Positions 19,203-27,500 of a stretch of 64,000 nt of DNA are shown here, piece after piece. Below the pieces are notes generated by a model. That model did not search any database and was not told the DNA's origin. It was given only the letters and a program-made list of their open reading frames with translations. Position 1 is the stretch's first letter; the number at the start of each line of letters is the position of its first letter. Position numbers and translations under genes: made by a program. The DNA comes from a virus (Duplodnaviria; Caudoviricetes): the IMG/VR virus record IMGVR_UViG_3300020045_001640, positions 17,083-81,082 of that record; one strand, 5' to 3'.

Positions 19203-19626
19203 GTCGTCCCTTTAATACGCTGTAAAGAATAGCAGGAGAATATCGCCAAGCCTCTGTATAACCTAAAGCTGCTGCAATACTCTCTGCACAAGAGTATTTA
19301 TCAGAGCCGTCTCGGAAGAACCCTATTACGAATCCAAGATTGCCCATGAGGTCATAGCGCGATCCTTGGTGAGCCATAAACCACTCTCTTACGGCTCTCT
19401 CGTCAGCAGCCTCGACAGATGCTATTTCAAGGAAGTCCCAATGGTCAGGGTCGTATTCAATAAGCTTAAATCGAACACCCCCGTCAAGATACGACGAGGA
19501 TGCTGACAGACCATCAGAGAAGATGATTTCACAATGGCTGTAAGGGCTTCTTGTCCAAGCTCTTACGCCTCTGTTATAAACGCCTTGCAGCTTCGGGCGT
19601 GTGCCCTTGTAGAAAGCTACTCTCAT
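19195..19626 (-). CDS. permuted papain-like (NlpC/P60-like) protein
   Basis: YSHCE...YD..G...YSCAE, His before Cys. Confidence 0.55.
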   Translation of the reverse strand: MRVAFYKGTRPKLQGVYNRGVRAWTRSPYSHCEIIFSDGLSASSSYLDGGVRFKLIEYDPDHWDFLEIASVEAADERAVREWFMAHQGSRYDLMGNLGFVIGFFRDGSDKYSCAESIAAALGYTEAWRYSPAILYSVLKGRHD

Positions 19627-20163
19627 TTACACACCCTCAGAAGGGATCACAGGCCATCCCGCCATCCAGTCATACACTACAATATCCTGCACAGCAGCGC
19701 ATGCCTCAATCGCATCGCAGTGTTTGCCGCGTATGCCGTCGATATACGCTTCCGCATGTAGAAATGGCTCAGATTGAGCGATGACGCGCCCAGCCATCTC
19801 GGCTATAGTCATGCCTCTTATCTGGCAGATCATCGCCAGTGTCGGCGCCTGCAGCGGATCGGCACTGTGCACAAAAGCGCGCGCCTCTGCCAACTTGATC
19901 GACCAACTCACCATTTCACCAACACTGCGCCCGCGCACCACGACATTACGCAAGCCGGCAGCATAGGCATTAATCTCGGACTGGCGCTTGAGCTTGGCAT
20001 CCGCCAAGGAGTCCTGACCGACGCTATCGGGCGGCAGCGGCGTATTGCCAGCCGTGAGCCATGCTTGGTAGGCCTGCCATGCGGCACTGGAACGGTCGGG
20101 CGGAACGACGGTTCGCGTCTCGAAATCGAACACGCCGCCGGATAGGAGAACTTGGTACATCAC
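19627..20163 (-). CDS. tail fibre assembly-like protein
   Basis: WQAYQAWLTAGNTP motif and a helical C-terminal domain. Confidence 0.6.
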   Translation of the reverse strand: MMYQVLLSGGVFDFETRTVVPPDRSSAAWQAYQAWLTAGNTPLPPDSVGQDSLADAKLKRQSEINAYAAGLRNVVVRGRSVGEMVSWSIKLAEARAFVHSADPLQAPTLAMICQIRGMTIAEMAGRVIAQSEPFLHAEAYIDGIRGKHCDAIEACAAVQDIVVYDWMAGWPVIPSEGV

Positions 20164-20504
20164 GCTGGCACCTCAGTCACGAGGATTTGGGCTTTTACAG
20201 TCGAATTCGAACCTGCGGAGTACGAAATTGTTTGGCCTGCACCGAGGTATATTGTTAAGGGAGGTCCAGCGGCAATTTCAAGGGTGGTAGAGTCAGCTAC
20301 CCCACCTCCTTGATAGACAACATTAGCACCCGATGAGCCGGATGAAGAGTACGAAACAACGCCGATGTTTAGCGAGGCAAAGGGTCCTTTGACCTGCATC
20401 CCGGTAATTTGCACCTTTGCGATAGTGCTGGCTGGGACGGAGTAGAGGGTGGTGGCCGCTACGGCGGTCACACTGACCGCGAATGCCTTGTGTACTTGTG
20501 CCAT
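20160..20504 (-). CDS. tail-associated beta-rich protein
   Basis: Position in the tail-tip cluster and composition. Confidence 0.5.
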   Translation of the reverse strand: MAQVHKAFAVSVTAVAATTLYSVPASTIAKVQITGMQVKGPFASLNIGVVSYSSSGSSGANVVYQGGGVADSTTLEIAAGPPLTIYLGAGQTISYSAGSNSTVKAQILVTEVPA

Positions 20505-20513
20505 GGTGATCCC

Positions 20514-20792
20514 TTAAAAGTTTCCAAATCCGTTTAATAGCTCATTGAGTTTCGTCTCGATGCTGATGGTCTTTGTCTCGATGCTGGTGGCTTTTGTCTC
20601 GATAGTGTCAAGCTTGGCAGCGCGAGTCGAAGTCCATGTTGCGGTTGACAGCGCCGTAGACGAGGGCGCTCGCGTACTGATAGCAGCGTCCAAGTTGTCT
20701 ACCTTGGCGGCGCGGGCAATCGTCCAGTTGACGGTTAAAAAATCGCTGATGGTTTTGAGTTTTCCGGGCACGCCGAGTAAAAAGTCAATCAT
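20514..20792 (-). CDS. short fibre-like/coiled-coil tail protein
   Basis: RAAKVDNLD / RAAKLDTIE repeats and ETK heptads. Confidence 0.5.
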   Translation of the reverse strand: MIDFLLGVPGKLKTISDFLTVNWTIARAAKVDNLDAAISTRAPSSTALSTATWTSTRAAKLDTIETKATSIETKTISIETKLNELLNGFGNF

Positions 20793-20795
20793 GTT

Positions 20796-21146
20796 TTAGC
20801 TCCAGGTGGTATTGGTGACGTTTTGCGCGCCGTCGTAAGTGATGGTTTTTGTTCCGATTGCATCGTAGCTCGTGCCGCTGTTTGCGCTGTAGGCGTAGGC
20901 GGCTACGCTCACATTGCCGGATGACCATGTGAGTGTTGCGCTCACGCGCTCTGTGCCCTTTGAGTACGTCAGCGCGGCGGGCTCCGAAGCCGTGCCGCCA
21001 GTCGCTGCCATGTTGAAGCCGGGGAAACCCCCGCCCATGATGCAGGCATCGCGTAGAGCGTTAAGGTTTTGCCGGGTCGAATTGGCAAATGCGGTGCCGG
21101 TCTGCGTGCTGGCCGGTGTTGCGGGGTCGTGCGGGGTATAAGCCAT
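20796..21146 (-). CDS. tail-associated protein
   Basis: AGGAG RBS; Thr/Ser/Gly-rich. Confidence 0.55.
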   Translation of the reverse strand: MAYTPHDPATPASTQTGTAFANSTRQNLNALRDACIMGGGFPGFNMAATGGTASEPAALTYSKGTERVSATLTWSSGNVSVAAYAYSANSGTSYDAIGTKTITYDGAQNVTNTTWS

Positions 21147-21149
21147 GTG

Positions 21150-23702
21150 TCAAACTCCTTGAAATTGATACTGGAAATCCGATGCAATTCTTGCCCCGGC
21201 GTCGTTAAAAATGTACACATCAAAACTGCAGCTCGTGCCCAATATCACGTTGTCGAAAGACACGCTTCGAGCTGTAGTTCCCTTGGGCGTAATGGTCAGT
21301 TTTTTGACGAACACATAATCACCTTCAAGTGTGACCGTCACAGGGCCGCTCGCACTGCTTGTGCCACTGCCGACTTCTTCACGCGGGATGGCGTCAAGCC
21401 GGATAGTCTGGTCCGGGATTGTGACCAACAGCGTGCTGGTGGTCAGCGCCTCGTGCTTGAGCCGAATAAACCGGGCGTTTCGCTTTTGGCTCAGTCCGGC
21501 GCTATAGACCCATGTGCCGGGCGCGGCTGCCATGGCGGTACCTATGTAGCTGATGTGACTCCCAGACAGGTCTGCGATGGTAGCTGTGCCTGTGAATTGC
21601 CCCCCTAAGTCAAGGCCCAAATCGTCCGACTCTCCCAGCCATGTGCTGGTCTGGCTGGCGTGGTAGGTTGCCAGCGGATTAACGTAGGTGCTGATTGCTG
21701 CACTGAACTTGGTGCCGAAAGCCACGTTATCCTCTGTGACAAAATAGCGGGCTGGGTCAGTAGGGTGCAGACTGTATTCAGCCATACCTGTGAGTGTTGG
21801 CGAACTCTGCGTGAATGTGTCAATCAGGAACGCACTGGCGTCGCTTGATACCGTCACGACCGTGCTGGCGGGGCTGGTGCTGTAACCGCCCACGCTGTCC
21901 AGACACTTTACCTGCAATGACCATGTACCTGCCGGCAATTGATCGACTTGCAATCGCAGTGCGTCAACGCGGTCGAGCAGGACTGCATCCTCCCAGCTCA
22001 CTCCGACCACGCCCCACCGGATTTCGTATCGCCACACGTCAATGTCAATTGCTGGTAGCCATGTGATATACACCCTCCCACCAGCCTCGAACGCCGACAC
22101 GCTCGGGACGTTCCCCGGAAGCATCTGCTTGCCTATTGCGGTGGCACTCTGGATGGCGTAGTCGCTGGACGCCCCGATGATGGACACCGTTGAAATCTTC
22201 GCGGTATAGACCACCCCCTCTTGCACGGCAGGTGTAGGCCATTGCACGCCGTCCGTGACAATGGCAGAGTGGATCAGGGTGGCCCCTGCCCACAGATCGG
22301 CTCGGTAATGAGCTGTGTACGTGTAGTCCGTGTCTGCCACCCACACCACTCGCCAGCGGCTCGAATAGGTGCCGTTTTGTTGTTGGAAAACTTCCTCCGT
22401 CATCGTCACGCCCGTTACCACTGGTGGCTCTGCTGGATTGGATAGCGTAGTGTCAACATACGTCGGTGCATCTGTGACGGCGCTGCTATACACAGACGGA
22501 TCATGCTCGATTAGGTCAAGAGCATAACGTCCATACTCCCCCGTAATGTTCATTACGCGCATCAGCTTGTCGGTCAAGCCAATAGGGTGCGTAACAGATA
22601 CGATGTCCCCAACTTCCAGCGACAGAGCTTCATCAAAGACCGTCAAGGTGAATGACAAGTCGTTGAGCAACAGTTTGTTCAATCGCTCGGTGGACTCCCG
22701 GTAGGCTTGGCTGTAGCGAGTGACGCCGGGGAGTGACACTGTGCTTTCGCGGCGAGGCGTGGTGCCCGCTATCACGCCGGGGGCACGTACAATTGCCGTA
22801 CCATCACGATGTGGTAAGGAGCTGATGTCACGGTAGCTCATCGTCATTACAGTAGGTGTCTGTTGCACACCACGCTTTTTGAGAGCACTAATCGACAGGA
22901 TTTTCCCGCTGGCATGATCGAATGTGGCTACGCTGGCGCCGTCCTTATCGCTGACCAGCTTGAGTCCGTTTGCCGATGGCACGACCCAGCATCCAGCGTA
23001 GGTGCGCAAGGTGTCGAGCCACTTGTCAACCTGCTGTACGGTGTCCAGCGCCAGATTGAGCGTGCGCATTTTTTCTACGCCGCCTGCCATCACATCATTA
23101 TCAAATGCGACTGACCCAACGCTTAGGTAATCAACGGTTTTGCCCATGCCGTAAGTGGTATTGGTCACAAAATCGGCAAGGCACAAGGCTGGGTTATCGC
23201 TCCACGCGGTCAGCGTAGATCGCGGGTCATACACCTTGCGCCCACTGATCGTCGCTGTAAAGCGTGGAAAGCCACCGCTGTCACTGTTGGACAGTTTGAC
23301 GACGCTGTAGCAGATGCCGGGTAACGTATCAGTGTAGGTAATGGCAGGTTTTTGAGTTGCGAATGCAGCCACCATCACAGGGTTGATGCCTTGCCCCGTA
23401 GTGCCTGTGTAGTGTGTGAAGGTTACGCCCGCTGGTAACACTTTATCGTCCAGCATCAGATCGGTAATGGCATCGACCTCGCCATGCCCCCACACCAGCA
23501 GCAAGACCGTCTGACCATAGTAGTTCAGCACACTAGCGATTTGCGGGCCGATGGTGACAGTTCCGTACAGCACCCGTAGCGGGGCGTTTTCAGCAGCCAC
23601 ACTGAGGAGTTGATCCTTGGCATTGGAGGCGCTGCCGTTGAGCGTGTCACGTGCAGTCACTGGCGTGGTCGCCCATGCGCCGGGGTTGGGGAGATAAAGC
23701 AT
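21150..23702 (-). CDS. tail tip / central hub protein (lambda gpJ-like, Fn3-containing)
   Basis: PLRVLYG, GHGEVDAI, GRKVYDPR, WSDNPALCL; ATG 23702 overlaps the upstream TGA. Confidence 0.8.
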   Translation of the reverse strand: MLYLPNPGAWATTPVTARDTLNGSASNAKDQLLSVAAENAPLRVLYGTVTIGPQIASVLNYYGQTVLLLVWGHGEVDAITDLMLDDKVLPAGVTFTHYTGTTGQGINPVMVAAFATQKPAITYTDTLPGICYSVVKLSNSDSGGFPRFTATISGRKVYDPRSTLTAWSDNPALCLADFVTNTTYGMGKTVDYLSVGSVAFDNDVMAGGVEKMRTLNLALDTVQQVDKWLDTLRTYAGCWVVPSANGLKLVSDKDGASVATFDHASGKILSISALKKRGVQQTPTVMTMSYRDISSLPHRDGTAIVRAPGVIAGTTPRRESTVSLPGVTRYSQAYRESTERLNKLLLNDLSFTLTVFDEALSLEVGDIVSVTHPIGLTDKLMRVMNITGEYGRYALDLIEHDPSVYSSAVTDAPTYVDTTLSNPAEPPVVTGVTMTEEVFQQQNGTYSSRWRVVWVADTDYTYTAHYRADLWAGATLIHSAIVTDGVQWPTPAVQEGVVYTAKISTVSIIGASSDYAIQSATAIGKQMLPGNVPSVSAFEAGGRVYITWLPAIDIDVWRYEIRWGVVGVSWEDAVLLDRVDALRLQVDQLPAGTWSLQVKCLDSVGGYSTSPASTVVTVSSDASAFLIDTFTQSSPTLTGMAEYSLHPTDPARYFVTEDNVAFGTKFSAAISTYVNPLATYHASQTSTWLGESDDLGLDLGGQFTGTATIADLSGSHISYIGTAMAAAPGTWVYSAGLSQKRNARFIRLKHEALTTSTLLVTIPDQTIRLDAIPREEVGSGTSSASGPVTVTLEGDYVFVKKLTITPKGTTARSVSFDNVILGTSCSFDVYIFNDAGARIASDFQYQFQGV

Positions 23703-24037
23703 CAGACTTGTTCCATTTGTGTAGTTACAGTCCAACGAGAGCTTGGGCCAATGGTAATATTCGGAGGCGCGGTGAAAATACAGGTGTAATTGGTTCCGTC
23801 CGCCACCCATAGAAAATCAATCTCTAACAGGCGATTGGTGGTATAGAAACTCATTAACACTACTTTCTCATCGGCGGTCAGGAAGTCGTGCACAACTGTA
23901 AATTTCTGCTTTGGTGCGGTGTAGAATGCTCTGCCCTTGGCTGCTCCGTTGCTGGCGCGGTCAATCTGCACATCATCCAACACCTCTTGTGTGCTAGACT
24001 GAGAGGGATTGTATGTAAAAGTGGGATACGCGTTCAT
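23702..24037 (-). CDS. minor tail protein (distal tail-like)
   Basis: Position; FTVVH...FY...F.W pattern. Confidence 0.6.
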   Translation of the reverse strand: MNAYPTFTYNPSQSSTQEVLDDVQIDRASNGAAKGRAFYTAPKQKFTVVHDFLTADEKVVLMSFYTTNRLLEIDFLWVADGTNYTCIFTAPPNITIGPSSRWTVTTQMEQV

Positions 24038-24543
24038 AGTGCTCTATCCAACGAAAAACGCTCACCGTTGTACATGATAATGGTTCCCTCTGGCTGTAGA
24101 AAGTTGAATACAGGTGTTGATATGAAAACTCTTGGGCAAAACAGCGTTTTGTTCGCTTGTGCTACCAATGTCATTGTTACATTGTCGGTGGCAATCTCGG
24201 CACCATCGGCAACACCTGAGAACACTTGTACCGCATCACCATGTGCTCCGGCATAGACGGCATAAATGCTCACAGGTATATCGGATGCACCCTCGTTGAG
24301 GATCAGCGCACTATAGAAATTGTCAGTATTACCTAGCGTCAGGCTGGCACTGTTGTTACCCTTACCATCTTGCTTGATACCAGATACCTTGGCGTCCGCG
24401 CTTGTCCAGTTGTATGTGGCGTAACTGACGCTACCTATAGTGGACAGACGTATTGGCGTACTATAGCCAAGCTCGATCAAGTAACCGGGGCGCGTGATGG
24501 TAAGGGCCAACTCTGCGAGTAGTTCAGGGGTCAGTGTAATCAT
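24034..24543 (-). CDS. minor tail protein
   Basis: Immediately downstream of the tape measure gene. Confidence 0.6.
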   Translation of the reverse strand: MITLTPELLAELALTITRPGYLIELGYSTPIRLSTIGSVSYATYNWTSADAKVSGIKQDGKGNNSASLTLGNTDNFYSALILNEGASDIPVSIYAVYAGAHGDAVQVFSGVADGAEIATDNVTMTLVAQANKTLFCPRVFISTPVFNFLQPEGTIIMYNGERFSLDRAL

Positions 24544-27500
24544 GCTACCGATACCTCCGAGCCGACAGGTGCTGTCACAGATACACTGATATTCGCTTGC
24601 GCTGGAGTGTTGGCAGCTACTTTCACATCGGCGGCAGCGGCCTTCACATCAGCAGCAGCTTTAGACAGTGCTGATGTCGGGTCAGCCATTGCCTCTGCAA
24701 TAGCAGTTTTTACTGCTTCAGCTATTGCCCTTGCGGTTTCTGCGTTCTGTGCCTTGGCGAGGGCCACTGGATCAGCACCGTTTTGCATCACATAACTATT
24801 GATTTCGTTAAGCTTGGCCTCAAACGGCAGGATTTGTGCCTTTTGCTGCTCAGGGTCCAACAACCCCCATGCCTGATTAATCAGGGCGATTTGCTCTTGT
24901 GCGATTGACGCGATTGAGTAAATGTCGCCGCTGCTGTGCATCTGGTCATTGAGACGAGCACCCCTAACATCCAACATTCCATATTTACCCGCGTTACCCT
25001 CCATGCCAAATTTCATGCCAAAGATGCTATCGGAAACTGAGTTGCTGATACCACTCACAAGGCTCTTGATTTTTGTGGCGATATCATGAACACTGTTGTA
25101 ACTTGCCACCACAGCGTCTGATGCTGTCGCTTGTGCATTAAGTGCGTTAATCATTCGCTGCAACGGTCGCAACGTCGCGTCCATAGCATCCATTTCGATC
25201 TTACGACTAGCTGCGAGTGCGCCTGACTTATCACCTTGCAACTGCATAATCTGGATTTCCATGTTGACACGTTTGGTCGCCAACTCCGTCGCAGCAGCCA
25301 ATGCTTTTGCCTCATCATCGAGCGCGTAGATGCGTGACTGCAACGGCCGCAGGGACTCATCCATAGCACTGAGTTCGGCATTACGCTGACGTGTTAAGGC
25401 TTCCGCCTTCGTGTGCGTCATATCGTAAATCTTTTCTTCCAGCGATGCCCTTGCCTCAGATATTACTGAGAGTGCTTCTGCTGCTGTAGCTTCATCTTGC
25501 AACGCAAACACACGAGATTGCAGAGGGCGCAGTGATTCATCTAAGGCTTCCAACTCCAGATTACGTTGACGTGTCAGAGCTTCAACAGCCGTGTGCGTCA
25601 TGTCATAGATTGTGCCCTCAATTTCAGCACGTTGACCTGCAAGTTCTTTTGCGGCATCAGCAACAATCTTAAATGCCGGTGCAACGTTCATCAAAGCTAC
25701 ATACATTTCTTGTCCAGCTAACGTACTCAAATCCTGGCTTTGTACCAATGCTGCATATTGCTCAGTTGTTGTGATAGACGATTGCTCTAAACGAGCCATC
25801 TCTTTAGATACAGCAGCAGACACAGGCGCAAGCCTCTGAGCATCTGTCAAGAAATTATCTTTGAAGAAGTCTGTCTTAGATGTAAACTCTTCCAAGCCAC
25901 CCATCATATCGATGAAGCCCATGCGAGCTTTCATGCTCTCAGTGCCAACAGCACCAAAGGTCATTCCAACAGATTGCAATTCCAAATCAATCACACGGAA
26001 AGAGTTAGAAACACGTACAGCGGTCTCTAACAAGCCTTCACCCATCTGTTGAAATGGCTTAACGATTTGAAGAGTAATACCTGTGATTCGATCCATCTCA
26101 GCAGAGAATACAGAAGTAACAGCTTCTTCCAGTTCTTTACCCTTAAGGCCACGAGTTTCAATTGCGAGGTTGACAGGGATTTCATTCAACGTGTTAGCCA
26201 AATCAGCCGCAGACAAACCTAACGAGCTACCAATCTCTAACAAGCCTGTACGCACATTAACAAACGATTGAGCTAAAGAGTCGCTGAATTCTTCAGTGAG
26301 GTCTGAGAAGTTCTTTGTTGTCCACTCTTTGTCACGTCTAAACAATCCACCATTCTTCTTGTGCAACACTTCTTCATATTGCTGTGTACGGCCTTCACCG
26401 GCTGCAAGTGAGCCTACAGAGCCTTGAATTTCAAGGCCTGCGCCGATGATGTTTGTGGAAGTGTTACCACCAAAGATAGACCCACCAAACTTAGTAGTGT
26501 TGCCCTCTTTAGTGCCAAAGGCTGTACCTGTCATCAAACCTTGTGTCAGCACTAAGCTCTTGGAAACACCTGTCAAGCTTGCTGCAATGTTCTGCATAGC
26601 TGTCAGCATTTTATTGCTGTACTCAAGCTCGGAGAAAGCATACTCGGAGAGAAGCTTTAAGGAGTTGACAATGGATTCACTCTTGGCTTCGCTGTCACCA
26701 AGTACAGTACCAGAGCCTTGTGTTTCGATGCGTTTCTTTTGGGCGGCTTCTGCACCACCTGATCCACTAGCAGCGCCTCCCCCTAGAACAGCAGCAATTG
26801 CTACAGCTGCCGCAGCCCATCCCCACGGCCCCATCGTTGACATGAACGACATAATCACGCCAGGAATCTTAGCAATGTTCTTAGCACCTTCTGTAATCAC
26901 GGTCATGTTGACCGATGCTAACATACCAGCCAACTCTACTGCGCGGAAGCCTTGCTCTGCGAGGGAAAGGAGTTTGTAGCCAGATGAGCCTTCGTTGAAG
27001 AACATCTTAGCTGCACCTGCCATATCACCATAAGCGTGGATACGAGCTTGACTAGAAGCTTTGTCAAAGTCTGCATTAACTTTACTGAGAGCGAGTTCTT
27101 TCTGCTTGCCAAGTAACTCCGATTTGTTAATCTTCTCAATAGCTGTTGCACGGTTGCTAGTAAGTTTCTCTTGTGTGTTACCATATTGCTGAGAGATGAT
27201 GAATAACTTGCCAGCAGCTTTGCCAGCACTGCCGAAAGCGTCGCCAAGTGACTTGGAAATACTCTCGCCAACAGATGCCCACATTGTTTTCTGGTTGTTG
27301 GCAAGCTGCTGCATCTCCGACAAAGCTTTGTTATAGTTCTTTGCTGCATCGTCACTCTTAGGGTCAGCATCCATTAACACTTTCAGTGCTAACAGTTTTT
27401 CTTGCAAGTCTGGGAGCTTTGTAGCAAACTCTTCGGAAGCTGCTTGTGCTGCTGAGAATACACCAGCAATGCCTAAGCCTTCATTATCTGCTATAACACC

